Assembly: GCA_963780185.1 (NCBI GenBank)
Contig: CAWABA010000006.1
Span: forward strand, 96,001-160,000
Length of the DNA: 64,000 bases
Source: Candidatus Bathyarchaeota archaeon
GTDB lineage: Archaea; Thermoproteota; Bathyarchaeia; Bathyarchaeales; Bathycorpusculaceae
Direction: 5' to 3'
The position numbers were made by a program, and so were the translations under genes. The notes under the pieces are model-generated. The model was not told the DNA's origin. It was given only the letters and a program-made list of their open reading frames with translations, and did no database searches. The number at the start of each line of letters is the position of its first letter. The first letter of the stretch is position 1. Below, one piece after another: positions 9,820-19,749 of this stretch.

Positions 9820-11523
9820 TTACTTAGTTTTTCCGAGAAGGATTTTGTGGAAATTGACTTCGAACGCTGCAATAGGGTTTTCAAGTTTCCACGCCTCAAG
9901 CACAGACGGGTCAATTTCGCCCACTAAACCTACTTCGACATCGCCGACCGTTACTTTGCCTGCTCTGCCTTCGATGAAGCTTGGATGAGTGGTTTCCGCT
10001 ATTTGCCATTCGACCCCCAAGTTTCTGAAGAAAGCGTCTAGAGCTGACTTTGCCTCGGTAAAGTTGGCGTTTGCATGTGTCGTTGCCGCGCAGACCCATT
10101 CCTCATCCCGCGTCTTCGTCTCCGCCGCTTCGTCTGGCAGTGTTACTTTTCCAAGCTCGAATATTTTCTGCGGGAACTCGACGGATTGATTGTTGCTGAG
10201 GAACTCCATGAGGCTTGGCAGAAGCCAGCTGCGCAGACAAGTCATTGATGCAACTTTGGGGTTCGCGAGTTCCACATGTCCCGATGCTGTGCGGTTCATT
10301 TTTGTAAACATGTTTTCTTCGTTTGTCAGGATGTAGGTTAAGATTTCTTGGTAGCCTAAGCCAACCATTAAGTCGCGTGCGATGTTGATGCCTTGCTGTT
10401 CAGGTTTCGCTTTGCCTGTCGTAGGCATTTCACGCCAGAGCCCCGCGATGTTGTTGTAGCCGTAAGCGACGGCAACGTCTTCGATTAAGTCAACCTGATG
10501 CATCACGTCGACACGGTAGAACGGAACCACAACCTCAACGCAGCAAGCATCCACTTTGCCAACTCCTAAACCAGCCTTCAAAAGCAACCCGCCGATTTGC
10601 TTGCCTGAAAGTTCAAGCCCGAGAAGCCTGTTCGTGTACTCCACACTCAGCGGCACGGTTCGGCTGCCAAAGTCGGGCGTGACGGCGTCCATGTGTATGT
10701 CGCCTGAGGTGTCTTGGTAATTGATTGTTGCTGAGCAGGCTTTTCCTCCGCGGTCAACCAACGCAGCAGTCACCAAATTCAACGTATTAACGACGGTTCT
10801 GTTCAGTGTACCTGTGACTTCAACAAGCAGATTCCGCGATTCCTCCGTAATCTTGCCCAAATCATTCGAGTTGATGATCGGCGGGAAAGACAGGACTTTT
10901 CCTTTCGAATCAAAAAGCATCGGGTACAGCGGGTTCTTCTTCACTATGTGCCCGTACTCGACGCCTTTGGGGTGCTGCTCCAAAATCTGGTCCAACCCCA
11001 TTTTTTCGGTGAATCCTAACGGGACAAAACTGACTTCACGCGGGTCGACGGCGCGGTACTCTATGGGCGGCGTGATTAAATGGAAATTGTAGATGCCGAT
11101 TGAGGTTTTCTGGCGGTTTCTTCCGAAAGTTTTGTCCAGCTTATCCTGCAGATGCATGAGCCCGCGGATTACGGGGTCGGTTAGCTGTACGTCTTTTATG
11201 ACGGCGCAGGCGATGAAGGGACGTATGTTGAAGAGCTTCGCGTCCACGTTGACTTCCACCACGGGTTTCTCCGCCGCGTAGTGCCTCGGCCCTTTTTCTA
11301 AGCCCAGGTAGCATCGTAGCCCTCGTGCTAATCCTTCTACGCTCCACAGGTCAGGTCGGTTGGTGTCTTTCATTTCGATGCTGACGATGCCTTCCGCCTC
11401 GTTGAAAAGCTTCACTTCGGCTTTAACGTACGCCAAGATTTCGTCGAGGTTCTCCATTTTCCAATGCAGATCCAAACCGAGAAGGCGTTCAAGCTCCCGA
11501 TATTCAACGTCGATTGTCGGCAT
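9820..11523 (-). CDS. pheT: Phenylalanine--tRNA ligase beta subunit
   Basis: NRPDLWSVEG, LSFPPIINS and RVDVMHQVDLIEDVA motifs. Confidence 0.97.
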   Translation of the reverse strand: MPTIDVEYRELERLLGLDLHWKMENLDEILAYVKAEVKLFNEAEGIVSIEMKDTNRPDLWSVEGLARGLRCYLGLEKGPRHYAAEKPVVEVNVDAKLFNIRPFIACAVIKDVQLTDPVIRGLMHLQDKLDKTFGRNRQKTSIGIYNFHLITPPIEYRAVDPREVSFVPLGFTEKMGLDQILEQHPKGVEYGHIVKKNPLYPMLFDSKGKVLSFPPIINSNDLGKITEESRNLLVEVTGTLNRTVVNTLNLVTAALVDRGGKACSATINYQDTSGDIHMDAVTPDFGSRTVPLSVEYTNRLLGLELSGKQIGGLLLKAGLGVGKVDACCVEVVVPFYRVDVMHQVDLIEDVAVAYGYNNIAGLWREMPTTGKAKPEQQGINIARDLMVGLGYQEILTYILTNEENMFTKMNRTASGHVELANPKVASMTCLRSWLLPSLMEFLSNNQSVEFPQKIFELGKVTLPDEAAETKTRDEEWVCAATTHANANFTEAKSALDAFFRNLGVEWQIAETTHPSFIEGRAGKVTVGDVEVGLVGEIDPSVLEAWKLENPIAAFEVNFHKILLGKTK

Positions 11524-13056
11524 TTACGTCACCTCTTTGCGTCTTAGCCAATCAAGGTCTTGGCTGAAAATCATCCGAATATCCTCCAGCCCCGCCTTCA
11601 TCATGAAGAGTCGGTCGACGCCTAAGCCCCATGCGATGACGGGTTCTTTGACGCCGAGAGGCAACGTGACTTCTGGACGGAAAATGCCGCTGCCGCCGAA
11701 TTCAACCCAGCCGTAGCCTTCCCGGTACGCGCTGAGTTCAACGCTGGGTTCAGTGAAAGGGAAGTAGTCGGGTTTGAAGCGGACTTTGTCGGCTCCAGCA
11801 ATTTCCATAGCGAATTTTCCCAACACACCCAGAAGATCTTTCAGGTTCAGGCTTTCGTCAATGACTATACCCTCCACCTGGTTGAATTCGGAAAGGTGCG
11901 TTCGGTCGATGAGTTCAGGGCGGTAAACCCGCGCGATGCTGAAGTGTTTGCTGGGAACTGCGAACTTTTTTGCTTCAAGTGTTCGGGCGCTAAGGCAGGT
12001 GCCGTGCCCCCGCAAAATCAGCCGCTGAGCCGCCAAGAGCGAGTACTTATATCCCCACCCCGTGGAACCCGTTGTCCAACCGTTCTCATGCGTTTCCCGC
12101 ACATGTTCAACTGCTTCGCTATGTTGGCTGACGTCGCCATATGCTGGATCCTTAGTGAAGTAGATGTCACTTTCTTCCCTTGCCGGATGATCCTGCGGCA
12201 CATAGAGGGCGTCGAAGTTGAAGAAACCCGTTTCAACCGCCGTACCCGTCATCTCTTGGAAGCCTAACTGCACGAGTTTAGCGCGGACTTCGTCGAGGAA
12301 TTGTAGGTACGGATGCTTCTTGCCGGGCCAGGTCTTAGCGACAGGCGCCGCTATGTTGTATTTTTGAAGTTTCGAAGTGTGCCATTTGCCCGTGATGATG
12401 AGTTCGGGTGTTAGCTGGGTGATTTCTTGGGGTGCGGATTTGGCTTCAGCTGCGGCTTTTTTGCCTTCTGCAGTGATTTCCAATGTGCGGCTTGTTTTAG
12501 GCTCAATAGAGAGAACTTTGCGTTTCTTAAGCGCCTCAGCAGCTTCCTTCAAATCAGCATCTTTTATTTCTTCAAGCGCAACCTGACCTTTCCCCGCCAC
12601 AATTGCAAGGAGCCTTTCATCTGCTCCCTCGGGGACAAAGGCTTGATGAACAAGGTTTTCGTTGAGTCGCAACGTGTTGTCGCTTGAAGTGTAGAGCGCC
12701 CATTTTTTTCTAATAGCCCAGCCAAGTGCAATCTGGATGAACTGAAGTTCCACACCTGCCTGCTGCGCCGCCACCTTTAGGTCTGCTGCTCCGCCCAGAG
12801 CCGCCACCGCATGGATTAATCTGCGTTCAGGCAGCCCTTCTTTGGCGTAGGTTTCTCCTTCAGCGGTTAACTTGACGACGTTTTGGTGTTTCGCGTGTAT
12901 GGCGATGAGGTTTTTTTCCGCTAGCGTGAGGCCGATGCGCATGACCGCTGAATCCTGCATAGCTGTTTTCTCGATTAGCTGCTCTACTGTGGCGTTTCCG
13001 CCGATTGCCTGCAGGGCGGATAAGAGTTGGTTTTCTTGTAGTCTAAGTTCAACCAT
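11524..13056 (-). CDS. pheS: Phenylalanine--tRNA ligase alpha subunit (archaeal type)
   Basis: NFDALYVPQDHPARE, HLSEFNQVEG and YFPFTEPS motifs. Confidence 0.97.
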   Translation of the reverse strand: MVELRLQENQLLSALQAIGGNATVEQLIEKTAMQDSAVMRIGLTLAEKNLIAIHAKHQNVVKLTAEGETYAKEGLPERRLIHAVAALGGAADLKVAAQQAGVELQFIQIALGWAIRKKWALYTSSDNTLRLNENLVHQAFVPEGADERLLAIVAGKGQVALEEIKDADLKEAAEALKKRKVLSIEPKTSRTLEITAEGKKAAAEAKSAPQEITQLTPELIITGKWHTSKLQKYNIAAPVAKTWPGKKHPYLQFLDEVRAKLVQLGFQEMTGTAVETGFFNFDALYVPQDHPAREESDIYFTKDPAYGDVSQHSEAVEHVRETHENGWTTGSTGWGYKYSLLAAQRLILRGHGTCLSARTLEAKKFAVPSKHFSIARVYRPELIDRTHLSEFNQVEGIVIDESLNLKDLLGVLGKFAMEIAGADKVRFKPDYFPFTEPSVELSAYREGYGWVEFGGSGIFRPEVTLPLGVKEPVIAWGLGVDRLFMMKAGLEDIRMIFSQDLDWLRRKEVT

Positions 13057-13184
13057 TTAGCATGCGCCTTCTAGGCTGGTGTTTTCGGAGTTTGTTAATG
13101 GATAGTTCTTGTGCCTCAAATAAAAGCATGCTGATAACCACCCAAAAGCGCCTCTGAGCCAAGCGTTGGGTTGCAGGAGAAAGT

Positions 13185-13251
13185 TGGTTAAGGGCTGTCT
13201 GGAACCTTCAGGAAGAGAGAAGGGGGTGAACCAGAAGGCAACCCTTAACCA
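13185..13251 (-). ncRNA. Candidate small hairpin RNA
   Basis: Perfect 10-bp arms TGGTTAAGGG (13185-13194) / CCCTTAACCA (13242-13251) plus inner helices; TATA-like TTTTAT on the minus strand about 25 nt upstream. Confidence 0.4.
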
Positions 13252-13509
13252 GACTGGTAATCAAACGAGTTAGCATAAAAGCTTTGCGTTAAATCATGCC
13301 TTTATGTTTAATCATGTATTCTGGTCGGGGTTTGCTAAGTCATGAGAGCGAAACTGGTTTTATTGTTGTTGTTTTCAACGTGTTGAAAAAATGTTATTCC
13401 TAATTCTTCGCACACAGGGTTTTATTTTTTCCAAAAGATTGTGATGTATGCACAAAGCTTGCCATCAAATGACAAGGTGTAAAGTAAAAACGTAGGATTG
13501 AAAAAATAA

Positions 13510-15249
13510 ATGAACTTTTACGCCTTGCTATACCTCTGTGCAAGTACGGTTTCTGTTACTTTAGGAATAAGTGTATATTTCATAAACAAGAAATCGGTCG
13601 TAAACAGGCTGTTTCTCTGTTTAATGTCAGCTAACGCTTACTGGGCCTTCTGCGATTTTATGATGAGTCAGACAAGTTCTTTTGAGACCGCCCTTTTATG
13701 GAGCAAGGTGCTTACTTTTTGGCCCTTTGTTCCTGTGCTTATGCTGCATTTTGGACTTGCCTTCACAGAAAATGACCTGCTAAAAAACAAGTTAATTTAC
13801 GTGGTGCTGTATGTTCCTGCTTTGTTTTTCTCCCTGATTGATTTAACTACCCACTGGGTCTCCGTGGTTCCTGCACTCCAGCCTTGGGGATACGCCACCA
13901 CTTACCCCGCGTCCTCGGTTGGTACAAGGTCTGATGGTCTTTGGGCTGGAGTCCTTGCGCTTTTGACGATCTTCTTATTCATAAATTATTACAATCGCCT
14001 TATAGACAAAACAAGAAAGCAGCAGACCAAATTCGTGGCTATCGGTTTAGCAATTCCTATTTTCATTTCACTGGTGACTGATTCCCTATTTGTTGTTGAG
14101 GGTGTCAATTTTCCAGTTTTAGGCAGTATCTCTGGGACTTTTACGAGTCTTTTAGTAGTTTACGCCATGCTTAGGCATGAACTGTTTGGCTTTAGACCCG
14201 AGATCGCGGCTGAAAACGTTTTTTCTTCAATGCTTGACGCAATTCTTCTTGTTAACCTAGACGGAACCGTGATTAAGGTTAATCGGTCTCTTGTTGAGCT
14301 CTCTGGTTTCGAGGAAAAGCAGATTCTTGAAAAATCCATCGGCTACATCATGCAAAGAGTAAACGTCCTCAATAAGGAGGGTGTGCCGCCGCAAATTATG
14401 GCTGAACTGAATAAACGTCGCGAGTTGAGCAATTATGAGTTAACGTTCCTCTCGAAGTCTGGCCAATTGAAAACCTGCATGTTGTCCTGCTCCGTGGTTA
14501 GCGATGGCAATGACGAAGATGTCGGCGTGGCGTTTGTTCTACATGATGTGACCGAGCATAAGGAGATGGAGCGAAAACTGCTTAAGGCTGAGCGGTTTGC
14601 TTCCATCGGCGAGTTAGCTGGGATTTTAGGTCATGATCTGAGGAATCCTCTGGAAGCCATCAGGGCGGGTTCTTACTATTTGAAGAAAAAACACGCTGAC
14701 ATCATGGACAGTAACGACTTGCTGATATTTGGAAGCATAGAAAATAGCATCAGCTACTCTGACAAAATAGTCAGCGACCTGATAGATTACGCAAGCGAAA
14801 TAAATCTGGAACACCAATCTGCTACGCCCAAATCACTGGTGACAGGCGCTTTAGCCCTCGTCTTGTCGCCGCAGAACGTTCAAGTTATAGATGAAACCCA
14901 CGAGGTGCCATTATTCCATGTTGACTCGGACAAAATCCGCCGAGCATTCATGAACATAATAAAGAACGCGTTTGACGCGATGCCTAACGGAGGAAAATTA
15001 ACCATAAAAAGCCGCGAGAACGCTGGTATTGTGCATTTCAGTTTTACCGACACAGGCGATGGGATGACACAGGAAACCTTGAGTAAAATTTGGACGCCTC
15101 TTTTCACGACAAAAGCCAAGGGGATGGGTTTCGGATTAGCAAACTGCAAAAGAATCATTGAAGCACACGAAGGAAAAATCAACGCTCAAAGCCAGCTTAA
15201 AACGGGAACGACAATCACGGTTGAACTGCCGCTTTGTTCTGAGGTTTAG
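13510..15249 (+). CDS. Membrane sensor histidine kinase (7TM N-terminus, PAS, HisKA, HATPase)
   Basis: H-box GHDLRNPL, N-box NIIKNA, DTGDG, FTTK and GMGFGL boxes. Confidence 0.93.
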   Translation: MNFYALLYLCASTVSVTLGISVYFINKKSVVNRLFLCLMSANAYWAFCDFMMSQTSSFETALLWSKVLTFWPFVPVLMLHFGLAFTENDLLKNKLIYVVLYVPALFFSLIDLTTHWVSVVPALQPWGYATTYPASSVGTRSDGLWAGVLALLTIFLFINYYNRLIDKTRKQQTKFVAIGLAIPIFISLVTDSLFVVEGVNFPVLGSISGTFTSLLVVYAMLRHELFGFRPEIAAENVFSSMLDAILLVNLDGTVIKVNRSLVELSGFEEKQILEKSIGYIMQRVNVLNKEGVPPQIMAELNKRRELSNYELTFLSKSGQLKTCMLSCSVVSDGNDEDVGVAFVLHDVTEHKEMERKLLKAERFASIGELAGILGHDLRNPLEAIRAGSYYLKKKHADIMDSNDLLIFGSIENSISYSDKIVSDLIDYASEINLEHQSATPKSLVTGALALVLSPQNVQVIDETHEVPLFHVDSDKIRRAFMNIIKNAFDAMPNGGKLTIKSRENAGIVHFSFTDTGDGMTQETLSKIWTPLFTTKAKGMGFGLANCKRIIEAHEGKINAQSQLKTGTTITVELPLCSEV

Positions 15250-15305
15250 GACCTGTAAAGCGTAGGCTAAGTTTTAACCTGCAACGTTTTAGGTGTCATG
15301 CCTGC

Positions 15306-15485
15306 CTAAGCCATCGCTATTTTCCGCATTTGAAGGTTTTCTAAGTCGAGGCATTCGTCGCAGAGGTCAGAAGTCGGTCTGCCGAGGCGTTTCCGAATGA
15401 CGACGCTAGGGTACTGCTTGCAGTCTTTCTGCCAATGCCACCTGTCAGGCTCAAGACCCTTAACATACTCAACATTTTCCGCCAA
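15306..15485 (-). CDS. Small His/Cys metal-binding protein (59 aa; not in the ORF track)
   Basis: GGAGGT RBS, TTG start; MAENVEYVKGLEPDRWHWQKDCKQYP...RPTSDLCDECLD. Confidence 0.65.
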   Translation of the reverse strand: MAENVEYVKGLEPDRWHWQKDCKQYPSVVIRKRLGRPTSDLCDECLDLENLQMRKIAMA

Positions 15486-15599
15486 TCTGAAACCTCCAAC
15501 AAAGCTTCAATTAGCACAGTATAATATGCATGAACTGTTATTTTTAATTTGCCAATCCCTTAAATAGGGTCAAAAAAAGGCTGGTTAGCCATATGGAGC

Positions 15600-15704
15600 T
15601 TATTTTGCTTTGCCAGCTTTCTTAGCGCAGGCATCACTGCAATATTTGCTCTTGGCGTTAAACGTCGTGTAAACCCGTTTGCAAACTGGGCACTTCTTAT
15701 CCAA
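15600..15704 (-). CDS. Tiny zinc-finger protein (34 aa)
   Basis: GGGAGAGG RBS then TTG; MDKKCPVCKRVYTTFNAKSKYCSDACAKKAGKAK with CxxC and CxxxC. Confidence 0.55.
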   Translation of the reverse strand: MDKKCPVCKRVYTTFNAKSKYCSDACAKKAGKAK

Positions 15705-15838
15705 ACTATACAACCTCTCCCAAACATGTGTGCGCTTATGCTTAAAACTTTTTGTGAAGAACCAAAAAAACGTAAAGTTGGCTCCAATTGCGTCGTGTTT
15801 CGAAGTCAACGGTTGGCTCAGGGTGGCTGTCTTGAAGG

Positions 15839-16806
15839 CTAAGTGTTTTTGAGAACCTTTTCACTGCGCTTTCTTTTGGTCCTCACCACAAGCCCGTAAA
15901 CCGCTATAATTACTATGATTACCCCCACGTAAAGAATGAAGGCTGCAGGGCTTAACAAGCCAAGAAGAATCGGCGATGCGCCGTCGGGGTTGGTGACTGA
16001 CGCGTTGTTGGGGTACCCGCGGCTTTCCCAGTATCCACGGTAGTTTGAGTCGTTTGACACATCGATCTCTGTTACCCAACGTATCCACTTGTACCCGTAT
16101 TGGTCTTGAGGTATAAGCATCAGAGGCCAACCTGCGGCAGCGGTTAGGGTTACGTTGTTCATTTTGTAGGCAAGGGTCAAGTTGTTCTGCTCTGCATAGG
16201 TGAGGGGAAGCGAGGTGGTGTAGCCGTCGGAGGCGGTGAAGATGAGGGTGTTGGCGTTTGGGCTGACGCCTGCCTCTTTTATGAGGTCGCTGACAAGGGC
16301 GCCTTGCCAAAGACACGTGGCGCTCCAGCCTTCTACGCAGATAAGCGGGGCGACATACTGGTAAGAAGTGAAGTTATTGACTACGTCGCTGTAGGTGTAC
16401 TCCACTGGTTGATTCACTAAGCCAGTGACTGTTAAACGGTAAGTTGACTGGTTCAAGACCTGCACTCCTCCGATAGACACGTCTGGATGGGAAGATAGTT
16501 CGTCAAGGTAGGCGTTTATCGGCGTCAAGTTTTGCCCCTCAAATTGGGTGACTTCTCCGGGAAAAAGGTGTGACCCTGGCCCAGGCGTAGGCTGAACCGT
16601 CGTGGACGGCATCGGAGAAGCGGTGGGCGAAGGAGAACCTGACCCGCGTTGGAAGTTTGTTTGGAGGAAGCCGTCGGGGCGGGGGAGGGCGTGGGCGTCG
16701 AGGAAGGTTTAGAAGCGTTCTCAAAAACAAACAGCGACACAATCAGCACCGCCACTAACAACAACACGACCAAAACTGCTCTCTTGTGCTGTTTAAGAAC
16801 TTGCAT
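15839..16806 (-). CDS. Molybdopterin-dependent oxidoreductase (MsrP/sulfite oxidase family), membrane-anchored; frameshifted
   Basis: LICVEGWS, DGYTTSL, YGYKWIRW and GYWESRGY motifs; signal peptide in a neighbouring frame. Confidence 0.85.
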
Positions 16807-17031
16807 CCTAAAATAATAGTGAGGCTGTTTCCATATTTATCTGTAACGCGAGAGCCTCCTATACAAACAAAATTGAACAAACGTACAGCTATTTGGTTGT
16901 TAAAACTTATTTTTTGGACATTTAATTTTTTACGAGCGTTTTTTTGGACAAACAGATAATTTTTTAAGTGAGCCAACACAATCATTCTTTAGGTAAGAAT
17001 AACCCAAAACAAGTTGAATGAGGAATCTTGG

Positions 17032-17297
17032 ATGAAAATTCAACCCACCCTACATTGGAACAACTTCACCGTACCCGAACTCAAAGACATCCTGGAACAC
17101 TGCACAGCACTGAAAGACTCGGGATCGCCCAAGACGAACAAATGATGTGCTCCATCGAAAGAGACATCGCTATACGCGAAAATAAAACGTGCCCGATACC
17201 CTACGCGCTAAAAACTACAAAAATAAAACAACAAATCACAAGGGGCGAAAGCGGGAAGCAACAACCACAACACTATGTATTGGAACAAGCCGCCTGA
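17032..17297 (+). CDS. Small hypothetical protein, apparently frameshifted
   Basis: MKIQPTLHWNNFTVPELKDILEHCTAL continues in another frame as RLGIAQDEQMMCSIERDIAIRE. Confidence 0.4.
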
Positions 17298-17448
17298 CGG
17301 TGAGGGGAAATAAGCTACTTATCGATTGGGTTGGTAGCTGTAAGGCTCGAAAACCAAAAACGTAAAACTGTTTTATAAACGATATTAGCGTTTATCGGTA
17401 AGCCAAAATATTGTTCTTAACCGATATGTTGAAATATCGGATTGAAGC

Positions 17449-18426
17449 TTGTTGAAAGTCTCTATGAACTTACTCGATGAAAGAATCCATGAACGAATCA
17501 TTGCTAAGAAGATTCGGCTAGATAGTTATAGACCTCTTTCTGAAAGCCTCGTCAGAAAACTGCACGAAAACATGGAAATCGCCTACACCTACAATTCGAA
17601 CGCCATCGAAGGCAATACTCTGACTTTACAAGAAACCAAGTTAGTGATTAGAGAAGGCATTACGGTAAACGGAAAAAGCCTTAGCGAGCATCTGGAAGCT
17701 GTTAATCACCCAAAAGCCATCGCCTATATCGAATGCATGATAAAGAACAAAATAGAGGAAAAAAATATTCTTGAGTTACATAACATACTTTTTTCCGGTT
17801 TTTGCGAGAATGCAGGAAATTACCGGAACTGTCAGGTTTACATTGAGGGCAGGGACTACATGCCTCCGCCAGCATTTGAAGTGCCCGAATTAATGAATTC
17901 TTTGATCAAATGGTTGGATAATAACCCAGAAGAATTAAGACCAATAGAGTTGGCCGCTATCTTCCATCATAAACTTGTATTCATTCATCCCTTTGACGAT
18001 GGAAATGGGCGGGTAGGCAGGTTACTGATGAATCTCATTCTAATAAAAAATGGCTATCCCTTAACTGTAATTAGGCAGGTTGACAGACGAAGATACTACA
18101 ACACTCTCATGAAAGCTGATAATGGCGATCCAAAAACTTTGGTGAATTTTGTCGCCCGTTGTGTTGAACAATCACTAGATATCTACTTGAGCTCTGTGGA
18201 ACCAAGTGAACGTAAGAATAAGCTTCTGAGTCTAGCTGAAGCATCAAAATTAACGCCATATAGCCAAGAGTATCTAAGTTTGCTTGCTCGACGAGGCATC
18301 ATTGGGGCTGTTAAGGTGGGCAGAAACTGGCAAGTAAGTCAAAATGCATTAGAAGAATATCTATCCAAATTATCAAAGACCAAAGGTAAAAGCCGGCGGG
18401 TTAGAGAGACTCTGCATCAATCTTGA
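17449..18426 (+). CDS. Fic-domain protein with a C-terminal excisionase-like HTH
   Basis: Fic motif HPFDDGNGRVGR, inhibitory SNAIEGN helix, C-terminal LSLAEAS...YLSLLARRG...KVGRNW. Confidence 0.93.
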   Translation: MLKVSMNLLDERIHERIIAKKIRLDSYRPLSESLVRKLHENMEIAYTYNSNAIEGNTLTLQETKLVIREGITVNGKSLSEHLEAVNHPKAIAYIECMIKNKIEEKNILELHNILFSGFCENAGNYRNCQVYIEGRDYMPPPAFEVPELMNSLIKWLDNNPEELRPIELAAIFHHKLVFIHPFDDGNGRVGRLLMNLILIKNGYPLTVIRQVDRRRYYNTLMKADNGDPKTLVNFVARCVEQSLDIYLSSVEPSERKNKLLSLAEASKLTPYSQEYLSLLARRGIIGAVKVGRNWQVSQNALEEYLSKLSKTKGKSRRVRETLHQS

Positions 18427-18503
18427 AGATTGGAAATCAGTTCGTTTTGTTTATATATTGGTTCTTGGACTATGCATGTGCAAAAAGAAGGAATATCTAA
18501 AGT

Positions 18504-18944
18504 ATGGGTTCCAAATCACCAAGAGGAGAATTCGCCGCCAGGCAGCTAAAAGCTAAACGGAAGAATTTCCGCTGGCACGATCGTTATTTTAACCGTCGCA
18601 TGCTTATGCTCGACGAGAAAGTTGACCCGATGCAGGGCGCACCCCAAGCAAGAGGCATCGTTCTGGAAAAAGTCGGTGTTGAATCAAAACAGCCGAACAG
18701 CGCCATCCGCAAATGCGTCCGCACACAACTCATCAAAAACGGCAGAACAATCACTGCATTCCTGCCCGGAGACGGCGCCCTAAACGTCGTTGACGAACAC
18801 GACGAAGTCGTTGTTGAAGGCATCGGCGGAACAAGAGGCGGAGCAATGGGCGACATTCCAGGAGTCAGATGGAAGGTCGTCATGGTTAACGGCGTAAGCC
18901 TAAACGAACTCGTCTATGGACGGAAACAGAAACCAGCAAGGTAA
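18504..18944 (+). CDS. rps12: 30S ribosomal protein S12 (uS12)
   Basis: [10 protein letters not shown] and GDIPGVR motifs. Confidence 0.98.
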   Translation: MGSKSPRGEFAARQLKAKRKNFRWHDRYFNRRMLMLDEKVDPMQGAPQARGIVLEKVGVESKQPNSAIRKCVRTQLIKNGRTITAFLPGDGALNVVDEHDEVVVEGIGGTRGGAMGDIPGVRWKVVMVNGVSLNELVYGRKQKPAR

Positions 18945-18949
18945 TTTGT

Positions 18950-19537
18950 ATGTCACAAACTGTAGCTCAACCTCAAGAAATCATGCTTTTCCAGAAATGG
19001 AGTTTCAAAGACATATCAGTAGTAGACATCGGACTGCAAAGGTACCTAAACTTGACCCCGATGGTTGCCCCACACAGCATGGGACGCCACGAACACCAAA
19101 GATTCCGCAAAGCCAAAGTCAACATCGTTGAACGCCTAATCAACAACATGATGCGTCCAGGCAAAAACTCAGGCAAAAAAGCCAAAGTCACCAACATAGT
19201 CAAAGAAGCCTTCGAAATCATCTACATACGCACGGGCAGAAACCCAATCGAAGTCCTCGTTAAAGCTGTTGAAAACGCTTCTCCATGCGAAGACACCACG
19301 CGTGTTAGTTACGGTGGAGTCGTTTACCACCTATCAGTTGACGTCGCACCGCAACGCCGCATAGACCTCGCCATAAGACACATAGCTGAAGGCGCACGCT
19401 TAGCCAGCGCAAACACCCCACGCAGCATCCAAGAAGGACTCGCAGACGAACTGATCCTGGCAGCAAACAAAGACATCAAGAGCGCAGGCGTAGCAAAACG
19501 CAACGAAATCGAACGCGTCGCACAATCCAGCAGATAA
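18950..19537 (+). CDS. rps7: 30S ribosomal protein S7 (uS7)
   Basis: IVERLIN, NPIEVLVKAVEN, VDVAPQRR and ERVAQSSR motifs. Confidence 0.98.
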   Translation: MSQTVAQPQEIMLFQKWSFKDISVVDIGLQRYLNLTPMVAPHSMGRHEHQRFRKAKVNIVERLINNMMRPGKNSGKKAKVTNIVKEAFEIIYIRTGRNPIEVLVKAVENASPCEDTTRVSYGGVVYHLSVDVAPQRRIDLAIRHIAEGARLASANTPRSIQEGLADELILAANKDIKSAGVAKRNEIERVAQSSR

Positions 19538-19749
19538 ACAAAAATCTCCAACCTTATTTTTCCGTTTTCTTTTCGTTTAGTACCCATTGAATACGTGAGA
19601 GTTGGCTCCGCCTATGGTTAAGCACGGAAACGGGGTGGACTCGGGTTTAGTCAAGGTTTCTTGACTGGAATTCGTCAAGGAATCTTTACGAGAACCCTTT
19701 TATCGGCACCTAAACCTCCAAGTCAAATGGAGCAAGAGGTGTCCCAAAA

